Below the pieces are notes generated by a model. That model was not told the DNA's origin. It worked only from the letters and a program-made list of their open reading frames with translations, and ran no database searches. Positions 1 through 15,000 of a DNA stretch of 64,000 nucleotides are shown one piece after another. The translations under genes and the position numbers were made by a program. Source of the stretch: Antedon mediterranea (taxonomy: Eukaryota > Animalia > Echinodermata); the NCBI RefSeq assembly GCF_964355755.1, contig NC_092672.1:37764437-37828436 (forward strand). Reading direction: 5' to 3'. Position 1 is the first letter of the stretch, and every line of letters begins with the position of its first letter.

Positions 1-3000
1 AGAAATGGGAGAGCATATAACAGTCTCAACAAACAGCGTAAATTAAAACTCCTTGAAAAGAAAATAGAAAACGATTTATCAAGGTTAGTTATATGGTAGG
101 AAAAGAAAAGTCAATGTGGACCTTACAAAACACCTTTCTTCCATACATTACATTGTGTTCAAATCGCCTACTCTAACTACATGTGTATAACGTGAAAAGG
201 TGTTGATTGGTTGAGTGGGCTTGTATCATAACGCTGGTTGGGGAAATACAAAAATATATATATATATATATGATAAGCTACATGTTTTATTTCCTTTAGG
301 AGCCGAATGGGACGTTCAATTCTAAGCCAACCAGCTTGTGTCTCAAAGCTTCTCTCACTACTACTAGACCAGCGTCCTTCCCCCAAGCTGGTGCTCATTA
401 TCTTACAGCTATGCAGGGTAGCATTACCTCTGATGAATGCTGATGATTGTGAGAAGGTAGAGTTACCTCCTTGGGGTCAGGATGTGACCTCATTTGGAGG
501 TCAGGATGAGGCCTTGTCAGATCCACCTGCTAAAATTGCGAGTTTACTATTAGCTAAACTTGGTGACTACATTGTTCCAGGTAAGTCTTGTTGATTGGTA
601 AATGTGTGAGTATTTATATGTGATACTAAAGAAAGACATTCAAATGTCAAATATTATCTAGTCAGCAGTCTAAAACTCTGTCTCTACACTATCACACTTA
701 CTGTGACATAAAAAATGTGATGTGTCCATATATGGACATAATGAGTCATATCACTACACATCAGATGTTTGACAGAGCTTAGGACTGAAGTTTGATTTAA
801 TTTATATTCAATTTGACAGGCTTCCAGACTACTGCAATAGTTGAACCTTGTGCTTCATATCACTACCATATTTGGGCACATCGCTACCATATTTGGGCAC
901 ATCACATTCTTTTTGTCAAATTAGTTTGATAGTGTGGACAGAGCTTAAGACTAATATTTGATTGTCAGATGAAGCTAATTTGATATTACATTTTACAGGC
1001 TGCCAGACAACTGCAATAGTTGAACCTTGTGCTTCTACACCTGGTTCTGCCTCCAGCAGTTCCAAAGTGTTGTCATGTGATGAGGATAACGCTGACATGT
1101 ATGAGGGACAGCTTTCAATATTTGTGCACAAGAGAGCTGATCAAACATCTCATGAAGTCATACAACCTTTAATAAGGTGATTAAGAGAATAAAACATTTT
1201 AAAACATTAGGGTTGTAGGGCTGACTATGATATACAGTCTTTCCATACATTACATTGTGTTCAAATCGCCTACTCAAACTACATGTGTATAACGTGAGGA
1301 GGTGTTGATTGGTTGGTTGGGCTTGCATCATAACGCTGGTTGTGCCAATACAAAAATATAAATTCTTTAAGAGGGAATACATTATCTAGGGTTATACTGA
1401 CTATGCAATAGAGTAAAAAGAAAGATTCAATCTTGGAATTGTTTATTCAGTATTTTAACATTATTTTAAAACTTTTAGTGCTGATGGACGTCCATTTCGC
1501 CTCGGAAGTGGACCAAACATGGAACGAGTTGTTCGAATGGATCAAGAACTAAATCGAGTAAGTGTCTTTCTACAGTATTTTTGGTGTTGGGGAACACATG
1601 GGGAACACGATTAAAAATATATACAAATAAATTCATTCTGTACAATGTAGTACAGACTATATTTGTTTATGATCTAAAAACACTTTTTTTAAATTAGAAT
1701 GGTAAAACTGAAGTGTTAACAGATGAAGCCAGAGTAGCCATGAGACGTGCCGCACGTTGGGCTCAATGTGGTCTGGTCCTAAGCTCATGCCCTCCTGTTG
1801 AGAACACTGCCACTGATGCTGGCCGCGAAAAAAAGAAAGTCAACTCAGAGTCAGTTTGTAAAGAAAGAAATACTGAACTGGCACGGTATGAATATTTCTA
1901 CATCAATCATAATAAAAATTATTGAGAACTGGCATGGTATGGATTCTTATAAATGGGAAACATGGGGGAAAATAACAAAAGAATATTTGTGAATTATTTG
2001 ATATATGAATATGGATATTTTCTACAATGAACAAAAGTGTAAACTCCAATGTTAAAATACACTTTAAAGCACTATCAAACTTTATGTAACAAACAAATCT
2101 GATGTGCCCATGTATGGACATGGTGATGTCATATCACAAACATATTTGGGGATCACATTTGTCAAACTAGTTTGATAGTGTAGACAGAGCTTAAGGAATA
2201 AGTCAACACATTTCTCGCACAAAACTGATTATTCCATACCATTGCCAAATGATGATAACCTGTCACTTATGTTTTGTTGCAGGACTGACCCTGTACGTCC
2301 ATTCATCAGTGGACATGTAGCCAACAGCATGGCTGCAGAGGTCATTGCCCTTTTACATGGTCTTTTAACTGCACCAGAATCTGCCGCTGCTCAAATCTGG
2401 GCTTCAGCTGTAGAGAGGGTGAGTATGAATAATTTTGAATAAATTAGAATTCAAATAAAAAGCATGCGAATATTGTTCAAAAATGTTTTTATTTATTTGA
2501 ACAGGTTTTGTCACATTCACTGAGCTTGGTTTCTACCTTGACAACAGCATTATCAACGCACATTGACCTCTTGACCTCTCACCCACAAGGTGAGATGATT
2601 GAAAGCCTAATGTCTGTCTGTCGTCAAGTGGTGGCAGCATTCTGTGCTCTTGGTGGGTTTAAAGATAGCATTAAAGTTGGATCGCAAGTTGAGGTATGCT
2701 TATGAAATCTTTCATAAAATAAAATTATTATAATTCCAATCTTGATTGTTGTCTCCATGGTTGGGGCTTAATATTATTTGAGTCAAATAATATGGTTGGT
2801 TCCATTGGAATTATTTATACGTTTCGTTTGAAATTTTGTTCCTGAACGGATTAGGCATCGCCATGCAATTCTTTTAAAAAAACATTAAAATCACACCTCT
2901 TTTCTGAGGCATATGAAATTTATGGATAAATAAAAGAAATCGGATTCTAAATCAGCTACAGTATGTGGTTGCTAGTGCCTTGAGCACTTTTAGTGAATAT

Positions 3001-6000
3001 GTGCGCTATATAAATTATTATTATTATCTAGGTAATTGGAGACGGTGCCAGCAGTATTACCGGTCAGGTTATAAGCATATCAGAGCAGCAAGGTATTGCC
3101 ACTGTGAACTTTGACACAGCTGATAAAGATGGTATACCCAGATATAATGACACGTTAGAAGTGCCTTTATCACGCTTACAAACACCTCATGCTCAGGTCA
3201 GTTTCCTAAAACAATTTAAGTTTAGACTTGTTTTTAAGCCTACACTATCAAACTAGTTTGATGTGTCCAAATATGGTAGTGATATGCCCAAACATGGTAG
3301 TGATATGACATCATCATGTCCATATATGGGCACATCACATTCTTTGTCCCATAAAGTTTGATAGTGTAGACAAGGCTTTAGAAACTATTATTTATTTATT
3401 TATTCTGTCTTTATACTGAATGACACTGTCAGTGCTAAAGCATTGATTTCCAGTAGAGAACATTTACAATAATAATAAACTACTACTCATATCACAGTTT
3501 GTATTCTCTAACATTTTTAAAAATATTTTTTTCAATTTGTAGGTGTTGTCTTTGGACCAGTTATCAATGACTGAGAAGGTGGTATCTGCGTTACATGCCC
3601 TCTTGTTGCCCGGAGGTCAAGGGGCACTATCACCGCTTGAGATCCCACTACCCACTGTTGGGGATGGCAGCAGTATCACTATGGCAACTTGCAGGGTATT
3701 GGCAGAAATAAAGACAAGGTAACATTCTAAATATTCTGTGAATTAACTGGATGTCCTGCAAATTGTTTACCTGGGATATGAATAAGATTTGTGAAAAGGA
3801 ATGATAAATTTACCAATAAAATATTTTTTAGCATTTCTTGTTCAATTTTTCTATTAACATTCAATCTATATAGGGCTTCTATTGTATTAGCCACAAATAT
3901 GAAGAACACAGCTTTTGCAGCAGAATTTGTTAAGCCATCATCTGCTCCTCTGGAGATTCTACGCTCACTGTCCAGCCAGTGTCCAGCAGGTGACCGTTTG
4001 CCCGTGCTAGCATCACAGTGTGAACGCTTAAGAATGTTGTATCGTGATTGCGCCAGACCTCCGCCACCACCGAGTAAATCTACAACAAGACCTGTAAGTT
4101 GTCATTCTATTTGTAATTTAAACATCAACTTAGGCCAGTACCATCTGATATATTTACAGTATGTTAATTTAATTCTCGGATAAAGACTATAAACCGTAGG
4201 TCCCGTGTACACATCTAGATCATGTGCATTTGAAGAACCTAGTACATCTTTCAAGACGAGCAGGGGGTTACCCTGGTGTACTAGTTCACACACAGCCACT
4301 GTCACAAACTCATCACATGTATTTACACTGGCCCTCTGGGAGAACAGTCTTTGACTGAAGAGGCTAATCAGTATATTATATCTTTAAAATAATTAATAAT
4401 AATAATATATTTACTTTGTGTAGATGAAGGTGATGACTTTTGACCCCACCAGGACATTTCCTCCTGTGTGTGGCTGTCTGTTGTCTCAGGATTTCACTGA
4501 ACTCAGCTTTTTGTCAGACCTACTTTACAGTACAAATTACCCACGAGGAACATTTGTTTATGCCAGCCAACCAATTCCTAGCATGGTATGTTGGCTCTTG
4601 TTTTATTTTTTTTTTAAATTGAATCGCATACTAAACTTATTTGCATAAAAATGTTATTTTACTAATTGATTTAATCATAATTATTATTTTTCTCATTTAT
4701 TTTAATTTATGGAAAAGTTTAAAAAAAAAGTTTATTGAATATTCTGTACAAATAATTCAATTCTGTCTTATATTAATACATATTCATTCATTATTCATTT
4801 ATATCATTTATTTTCCATATTATACAAAATACAACAAGTTGTTCAAAACGTGGAGATTAAAATGAAGCTAATAAAAATGAATGTGCTAAAAACACAACAT
4901 AACATAATACAGTACATCAAGATACAATATTTTGTTTGTGTCTCCTGTTTTGTAGGCCCCATCATTTTACTGGGAGTTAAAGTTGTCTTTGTTTGGGGAC
5001 AGTGGAGAGGAGCCTGGGCCTTGCATCTCATTTGGATTTGCTCCTGAAGCTGACAGGAGGCGTAGCGGGGCCTGGACAAACCCTGTAGGAACTGTACTCT
5101 TTCACAAGTAGGTTGCTTTATTATCAGAATTACAGCTATTTGTGATCAGGATCACAGCTATTTGTGATCAGAATCACAGCTATTTGTGATCAGGATCACA
5201 GCTATTTGTGATCAGAATCACAGCTATTTGTGATCAGAATTACAGCTATTTGTGATCAGGATCACAGCTATTTGTGATCAGAATTACAGCTATTTGTGAT
5301 AAGAATCACAGCTATTTGTGATCGAATCACAGCTATTTGTGATCAGAATTACAGCTATTTGTGATCAGAATTACAGCTATTTGTGATCAGAATTACAGCT
5401 ATTTATGATCAGAATTACAGCTATTTGTGATCAGAATTACAGCTATTTGTGATCAGAATTACAGCTATTTTTGATCAGAATTACAGCTATTTGTGATCAG
5501 AATTACAGCTATTTGTGATCAGAATTACAGCTATTTGTGATCAGAATTACAGCTATTTGTGATCAGAATCACAGCTATTTGTGATCAGAATTACAGCTAT
5601 TTGTGATCAGAATTACAGCTATTTGTGATCAGAATTACAGCTATTTGTGATCAGAATTACAGCTATTTATGATCAGAATCACAGCTATTTGTGATCAGAA
5701 TCACAGCTATTTGTGATCAGAATCACAGCTATTTGTGATCAGAATTACAGCTATTTGTGATCAGAATTACAGCTATTTTCTAACTGTTTTTTAAAGCAAT
5801 GGCAGAGCTGTACATTACAACGGTTCAAGCTTACTTCAATGGCGTAGTGTACGTCTTGACATAACGCTTAAAGGCGGAGATGTCGCTGGTATAGGTTGGG
5901 AGAAGGATAAAACATCAGTACGAGGCAGTGAGAAAGGTCGTGTCTTCTTCACATACAATGGACGGAGGTTAGCTACATCATTAGAAGATGTTGCAGCCGG

Positions 6001-9000
6001 TCTATATCCAGTGGTTCACATTCAAAAAAAGGTACAATACCTTGTATTCTATAGCCATCATTATGAACTATTGTATTTATTGATTGATCACTTTATTTCA
6101 GAATAAATATTCTAACACATCAGGCAATGAACATTAATTCTAAACCGCCCGGTGATATACTGAAATTTAATTAATTAATTTGAAACGATTAAGATGAGGA
6201 AATCTGTGAGAATGAGAAAAAGTCGGCCCAACCGAGACTCGAACTCAGATCGCCTGCTTGATATGCAGATATCCTAACCATTAGACCACCATGTATAAAA
6301 TAGGATTTTCTCCCATTTGGTGAAGATATTGAAGATCCTAACAGATAGTTCGTAGTACACCTATCAAGATCATTTTCACTATTCAAAACTCTTATTCTAA
6401 AACCATAGACGCACTTGCGAAGTCTTTCAAATTGTTAATTGATATTTTTGTTTACATTGTTTATTGTGTTCCCAAAGTTTGTATCGGAATTTATTTTAAG
6501 TTAGTGGGTGGGATTATACTCGGTCATGGGATTATTCTTTTTATTGCAGAATACGAGAATCCGAGCCAATTTTGGTTCACATGCATTTGCGTATGCAGAA
6601 GGCTTACAGCACTACAAAGCTGCGGAGGGCTGTTCAGACTCAATGGAAGAAATAAGTGCAAACTTTAGGGTTCTACCATTTCACACAGAAGAAGAAAGTG
6701 ATAATGAAGGAACAACACCCACCAATCTAACTGCAGAGCCTATAGGAGATTCCAAAGCAACACCATTAGCTGTTGTAGCAGCCAAACCTTGCAAAATAGT
6801 GGAATCACCTTCACAACCTCAAGGTAAACAATTGTTATGTAGATTCTATACACCTGTAAATAATGTATTAAGCTCTATGAAACTTTATGTGACAACAAAA
6901 TGTGATGTGCCCATATATGGACATGATGATGTCATATCACTACCATATTTAAGCATATCACTACCATATTTGGGCACATCACACTATTTTTTATAGTATA
7001 GACAGAGCTTTAGAAGGTGAAATTATAACGCAATCAATTTAGAAAATTACCTAATTTTAAAATTGTATTACAGAATAAAAAACACTGCATACTCAACTCC
7101 AAATGAGTTTGCTTTTTTTTTAATGGATATCAAAGTTTACGGAATATTTAAAATTGTTATTTCAAATAGAATATGACACCGACACTGCAAATCTGTATGA
7201 ACTTAGAAAGAGCTATGACAACTTTACGAGCACAGGACCAGACATCCGCCTGCTAATGGCCAATCAGGAGGATGATAGCGAGGATGATGATAGTGATGAC
7301 AACCTGCACGAAGATCACCACGCTTTACTTGTGAAAGCTTGGGAGAGTAAAGTGTTTCCAGTTATAAGAAGAAGATTCAGAAATGAAGCTGAGCGACGAT
7401 CTGGATTAGAACAAATTAAAGGAGCTTTACAATTAGGTAAGAACTAGTGATCTAGTGAACTCTACAGTATGTGACCTGATTGTGTGACGTAGAGAAGATG
7501 GATCTTGTGATAGTTGGGAGGCAGGGTGGTCCAATGGATGGGTACTTTCTAAATAAAAAATCATGATCTCTGTGACCTGATAGAGAGATGTGATAGATGA
7601 TGAGGAGGGAAGGTGGGTGGGTGGTTAAAAATAGGTCAATAAATAGCACAATGAATGATGTGATTTTAAATTTTATGTATAGTGCATGTATGTCAATGTT
7701 TTTACTATCTTGAATTTTACCCCTTTTGTATTTGATATGTCTTTTTGGCTCTGGTGTACAAAAAAAAACAAATTTCTTATACTGTATATACTGTATATTG
7801 GACTAATAAAGGTTGTGTAAGCAGCACATTCATTCATCAAGCCCGTTCTATGCATAATATACAGTACTAAGTTTACAATAGTGATAACAATTTCCACAGG
7901 TATGACTGATATAGCCCGCCAGACAGTTGAATTCCTGTATGAAGAGAATGGTGGCATGCCCAGAGAACTCCACCTGCCAACCATGGAAGACATCAAAGCA
8001 GAAGCAGCTAAGTTCTCTATTGATAAGGTTCGCAAAGGCACATCTGTTGTCATCTGCCAACCAGAGAACTTGGTGTCTTCAGGAGGCACAGTGGTTCCCA
8101 AGTTTGCAGTAAGAGGGATGCTGAAGACGTTTGGCCTAACTGGAGCTGTGCTTGATGTTGATACGGTAACTAATGGTATTTAACTGAAATAAATCATTCC
8201 AGTTGAATAACTTATTTAAAGCCCCATTCCCTACGTTTTTTAGATCTAATTTAAGATCACAAACTATATTTAATGTAAAAATAATACTATATGGTCCTAT
8301 TGCGATAACTTTTTTCGTCTTTAAACGGTTAAAAATGTGAAAAATAAATCGATTTTAATAATTATAGCGGCCCGCTATAAATCCCAAAATGCATTGCGCG
8401 CGGATTGATATTTTTGTTTTTCACCTGTAATTCGCCCACTTTTCGATCGATCGTGAAGCCAAAACAAATGGAAGACTCCTAACTTTTCAGCGAAAATACC
8501 GGGTGTTCCCCAATTTGTATCAACGGAGTCTGGCAAAAATAGAAAGACAATTAATGCAGCAACTATACAACGTCAGGCTAGGTATATAGCTAGCGTACGA
8601 TGTTCGTACGTTACCGATGTTTACCAGCTAGGCCTACAAAACTAAGCCTAGCTAGGCTAGGCCTGAGACCGTCCACGAGAGTTCGATCGCCGCGAGCTAC
8701 TTAGGTAGTGCATTGTTTCTCACTTTTTATCATAATTTACCATAAAACGTACATTTAAGACAAGGAATGACATGGTTTAATGTTTTTAAAGTGATATATA
8801 TGTATTATTTTCCAAAAAACGTCCAAAATTGCAGGGAAGGGGTCTTTAACTGAAATTATTTACTTATTGACCAGCATCGTTAAAATGTTCCTAATTAGAA
8901 CAGTTATGAAATTCATATAATATATACAAAAACATTAAAATTTCAATTGATAATAATAATAATTATTATTATCCCCACAGCAAAATGAACTAGTCCAAGT

Positions 9001-12000
9001 TGAGACGTACCTCAGAAGTGAGGGTGTTCTTGTTTGTTTCTGGTATCCAATTGAGCTACTACAAAGACCAAGAGCTGGTTACAGAAGAAGTGATTCCTCT
9101 GAATGTATGACCTTTGACATATCCAACATTGTCATTCATAAGTAAGTATAGTACTGATAAATACCATACCTTGACTTTATGCATGTGTATTTCTTTAGAA
9201 TGCTGGTGGTGTGTGTTATCATAAAAGTGTACAATTTGCCTTAGTAGCACATCCTCCATCTTAAAATGGATATGAAAGGTTTTTAATTTTCAAAAAAATG
9301 ACTTTGTATGAATCCTTTTAATGTTAATAAACAGCACACAAAAAATTAGATTCGAATACCTAGTAGAACTTGAGAAATAAACAAATTAAATGTTAATATA
9401 AAACCTCACTAAAATGCTCTAATGTTTGTTTTGGTGGAATTATAGATAATAGATAGACTCAGTGTATTTTAGTATACATTCTGTGTTAAGCTCAGTCTAA
9501 TTATAGATAATAGATAGACTCAGTGTATTGTAGTATACATTCAGTGTTAAGCTCAGTCTAATTATAGATAATAGATAGACTCAGTGTATTTTAGTATACA
9601 TTCAGTGTTAAGCTCAGTCTAATTATAGATAATAGATAGACTCAGTGTATTTTAGTATACATTCTGTGTTAAGCTCAGTCTAATTATAGATAATAGATAG
9701 ACTCAGTGTATTTTAGTATACATTCAGTGTTAAGCTCAGTCTAATTATAGATAATAGATAGACTCAGTGTATTTTAGTATACATTCTGTGTTAAGCTCAG
9801 TCTAATTATAGATAATAGATAGACTCAGTGTATTGTAGTATACATTCAGTGTTAAGCTCAGTCTAATTATAGATAATAGATAGACTCAGTGTATTGTAGT
9901 ATACATTCAGTGTTAAGCTCAGTCTAATTATAGATAATAGATAGACTCAGTGTATTTTAGTATACATTCAGTGTTAAGCTCAGTCTAATTATAGATAATA
10001 GATAGACTCAGTGTATTTTAGTATACATTCAGTGTTAAGCTCAGTCTAATTATAGATAATAGATAGACTCAGTGTATTTTAGTATACATTCAGTGTTAAG
10101 CTCAGTCTAATTATAGATAATAGATAGACTCAGTGTATTTTAGTATACATTCAGTGTTAAGCTCAGTCTAATTATAGATAATAGATAGACTCAGTGTATT
10201 TTAGTATACATTCAGTGTTAAGCTCAGTCTAATTATAGATAATAGATAGACTCAGTGTATTTTAGTATACATTCAGTGTTAAGCTCAGTCTAATTATAGA
10301 TAATAGATAGACTCAGTGTATTTTAGTATACATTCAGTGTTAAGCTCAGTCTAATTATAGATAATAGATAGACTCAGTGTATTTTAGTATACATTCAGTG
10401 TTAAGCTCAGTCTAATTATAGATAATAGATAGACTCAGTGTATTTTAGTATACATTCAGTGTTAAGCTCAGTCTAATTATAGATAATAGATAGACTCAGT
10501 GTATTTTAGTATACATTCAGTGTTAAGCTCAGTCTAATTATAGATAATAGATAGACTCAGTGTATTTTAGTATACATTCAGTGTTAAGCTCAGTCTAATT
10601 ATAGATAATAGATAGACTCAGTGTATTTTAGTATACATTCAGTGTTAAGCTCAGTCTAATTATAGATAATAGATAGACTCAGTGTATTTTAGTATACATT
10701 CAGTGTTAAGCTCAGTCTAATTATAGATAATAGATAGACTCAGTGCATTTTAGTATACATTCTGTGTTAAGCTCAGTCTAATTATAGATAATAGATAGAC
10801 TCAGTGTATTTTAGTATACATTCAGTGTTAAGCTCAGTCTAATTATAGATAATAGATAGACTCAGTGTATTGTAGTATACATTCAGTGTTAAGCTCAGTC
10901 TAATTATAGATAATAGATAGACTCAGTGTATTTTAGTATACATTCAGTGTTAAGCTCAGTCTAATTATAGATAATAGATAGACTCAGTGTATTTTAGTAT
11001 ACATTCAGTGTTAAGCTCAGTCTAATTATAGATAATAGATAGACTCAGTGTATTTTAGTATACATTCAGTGTTAAGCTCAGTCTAATTATAGATAATAGA
11101 TAGACTCAGTGTATTTTAGTATACATTCAGTGTTAAGCTCAGTCTAATTATAGATAATAGATAGACTCAGTGTATTTTAGTATACATTCAGTGTTAAGCT
11201 CAGTCTAATTATAGATAATAGATAGACTCAGTGCATAGTATACATTCAGTCTACACTATCAAACTAGTTTGACAAAAAATATGCCCCAAATATGGTAGTG
11301 CTATGCCCAAACATGGTAGTGATATGACATCATAATGTAGTCCATATATGGCACATCATTTCTTTGTCACATAAAGTTTGATAGTGTAGGCAGAGCTTTA
11401 GTAATGTTTTTCCAATAAATACAATTTCCAATAATATGTCCACTCACAATAATAAGACATTACAATTTTACAGAGAACTAGTAAACTTTGAATCAGGTCT
11501 GGCCAAGATGTATCTACGCAGTGCTTTAATCAACTTGCTACGACAGGCTGATAATACACATGTAGTTGAAGCTCTCAGTTTTCCCCTGACATCATCACAA
11601 GCAGCTGCCAATCAAACTCAAGACAACGCCCAGCTTAAGTTATTATCCAATCAGCTTCTAGCTCCACCACAGTCTGATGGAACTCTTCAGTTGACGTCGC
11701 TTTTGACAACAAAGTCACCCAAGCAAAGTTTATCAAGTAGTCTGCTACGATTCTCTGACATATTTTATGAAGAAGCAGACGTGTTAAGGAATGAACTAAA
11801 AGTTGCAATTGCAACTGCTCTACAACAAGGAGGTGAAAGTCACTTGATGGAACTGGTTTCTGAGTTCTGTGGCTTCTTACAGGTATGTTTACTTCTATCT
11901 ATCCAACATCTTCTTCTTCTTATCCTTCTTTTGATGAATCCACACATTTCAACGATGGGTCTTTTGCTCTTTCTACACTGTCAAACTGTATGTGACAACA

Positions 12001-15000
12001 AAATGTGATGTGCTCATATATGGAAATGATGATGTCATATCACTACCATATTTAAGCATATCACTACCATATTTGTGGACATCACACTTTTTGTAAAACT
12101 AGTTTGATAGTGTAGACAGAGCTTTATAATCCCAAAATTACTTCACTTGTCCAAAAGATAGTATCGCATACAACGTTTACAAAAAAGAAACATAAATTTA
12201 AATTACTTTTTTACTTTCTTTTTAGATTGCACCAAAGAATTTTCTTTGTGAAGAAGTTATTGTCAATGAAAACAAAATGAACACAGATGTAAAGTTTCCT
12301 GGGACCTGTTGCATTGTTGTTAGTTGTAGGCAAGATAGTAAAACGACCAAGAAAGAGTGAGTTGAACATTGAACAATTGTCAAACAAATTAAGTTTCGAT
12401 CAATTTTTTGTTGTTGTATTACTATGCTGGTGCTGGTAACCATGATAATAGTTCACAAATGGTGGCTATTGACTGTATACAGTTAGCGCTTAAGGACCTG
12501 CCTTTTGATGCTCAAAACAAAAACTATTACTGAATCAAATACACCCTTGACCCCACACTCCGAGTGAACTTACAGTAATTTCATTATGTTTTACATTGCG
12601 TTTGTTTTTATCACAGAATTTCTTTGTACCAAGCTCCGTGGGCCAAGATTTGTTACTATGGACAAGGCCATAAGATAAAAAAATCTGGGCATACGGCACC
12701 AAGAGAAGTAATATGTTATCCTGCCAATGCATCGGCAAACACTGGAGGGGGGTTAACAGGTCCACCGACATACGAACTTCAACCTTATCCTTCAGGAATA
12801 ATACCAAGTGACTGTGTTTATGCCAAGATAGGAGTTTCACCATCTCCTGGGTATGTTGTTACAATGCATGGTCTGCCACCTAGTTTTCCACTGGCAATGG
12901 CGTTCATCGAAACTCTTATTACTTGTTGTGCAGACCTTACATTGGTTTTTCCTGAGACAGTTCTACCAACTAGCACTATCGGAGATAATGATTGCGATAA
13001 TATTAGCAGGCAAGATTTACCTCTTGGAAGCAATGTTCCTTTGTACTTATTAGAACTTTTAGCAAATTATATCTGGACGACGTCATCTCCACCATCAATC
13101 AAAGAATATATTTTCCATATGATGGCGCAGCTTTTAAGATTAGCACGAAAGAAGGAAGCAGGTCAACCAATGATGCCATCTCTAAGTTTGATGCTTAGAC
13201 TTCAACAACTTAAGTTTCAGCTGCATGACTTAGAAATCATTGAGAGTTCTGGTGATTTTTGTAGGCATTCAACATATTTCTTTTCCTTAATGGAAATCTC
13301 TTTAGCAGTTTCAGAACTTGGAAGTTCTGTAGGTTCACCAACACCAGTATCTCCAAGCACGTCTTTAATGAGTCCCTTTGGACTTCCGTCGAGTCACAGT
13401 TCTGCTCGACGAAAGAAAACAAAATCCAAAAAAGGTAGTATCCCGAGGCGTAGCAGTGAAGCAGAAGTAGACTCTGCAAGACGGAAGAAGTCAGACGAAC
13501 ATTTGTGGTTTCAGCGTGCAACCGCATCTTCTCTGTTGCTTCGTTGTTTGCTTAAAGAGTTCCAATCGGAAGATAGTACTTTGGAAGAAGCGTTATTAGA
13601 AGCACATCAAAAGATAAGCTGTCCATCTTGTCATTCAAGACTTTTAATCATTTCTGGGATTCCAGTTTGTTTGGATGAACTTACAGTTAGAAATTCTATC
13701 ACAGAAATTGCTAATGTTAATGGTGGACTTTTTAATGATGAACTTTGGATTCCAACACAAAAGCCACTTTTGATGAAAGAAATTGTCGTTGATGAGAAAA
13801 CAAAAGTTTTAGAACAACAGTCAGGCGATGACCCTACTGCTCAAGTGGATGTTCAGTCAGTTTTAGCAGAGTTGTTAGCTGGTATGGATCTGTGGCAGGA
13901 ACAACAGCTTGCAGCTATCTCACAGGGACAACAAGATGCTACTTCAGGGGGAGGAGGAGCAACAGGAGATAATGTTAATGAGGCGGAAAATCTTCTGTCT
14001 CCTAGAATCAAAGGTTACGCTGTATTACAAGTACGAAGCAATGCTAATATTGAACACATGGAAGCTTCACTTGTAAATATCAAGGCAATGTCTCAAATTG
14101 ATGGAGGTTTAGTTTCTGGAGAAGACATCTTGTCTATTTCTCCAGTGAATTCAACTCTTCTCACACAAGGTGCTACTGAGATGAATATACTACTGGAATA
14201 CCTAACAGCTAAGCTTCAAATGTCTGACAACTGCTTAAACTGTCAAGCTGTTGAAACCTTATCAGAGATTTTTGTCACTACGGTGACCGCGTCTGAATCG
14301 TCAAAGACCAAAGAACAAGGACGATCTGTAGGATCCCCTGATGCCATATTAACCCTGACCAAAGAACAAATTCTTCAGCAAATGCCTGGCAACCTCTTAC
14401 ATGATTTCCTCTCTGCCAGCAAGGCACCAAAGAAATCCTACACAGAACAGGTTTCACATGTTTTACGTCATTACGGAATTCCAAACCCATCAAAACCAAA
14501 AAAGACATTACCAAAATCTTCAAAAGATCCGGGAAAAGGGGTTGGAAAGAAAAGTACAAAATCTGCTAAAGAAAAATTGTTTGTAGCCGAAGTTACGTCT
14601 CCAAAATCAAAAACAGGAGAAAAGAAAGTAAAGAAGGTAGAAAAGGGAACAAAAGAAACAAGTGAGTTAAAAGTCAAAGATGTCCACGAAGAAAAGGTTT
14701 TGACAAATGAAGGCTTTCTTCAGTTTGTATCAGATAAAATAAAAGAGGATGTCACGGCGGTATGGAGAGGGATCATGGCTTGTGGATACAGTTTACAATA
14801 TGAAAAGTAAGTACGTGCTTCAAATGTAAGTTTCAAACCTCCATGCAATAGCACACATTTGTATAACGAACAAACACACTCTTATAATATACATTTAAAT
14901 TCAAAGACAAAACTGGCTGTTACACCAAGTAGACTTCACCCCCATGATATTTATTTATCTCTTGATTCTGATTTATATACAGAAACAAATAAAGTAAGTC

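Noticed and set aside
6222-6296. Functional tRNA with ATC anticodon
   Set aside because: Acceptor stem unpaired and anticodon loop atypical; treated as a pseudogene or SINE head.
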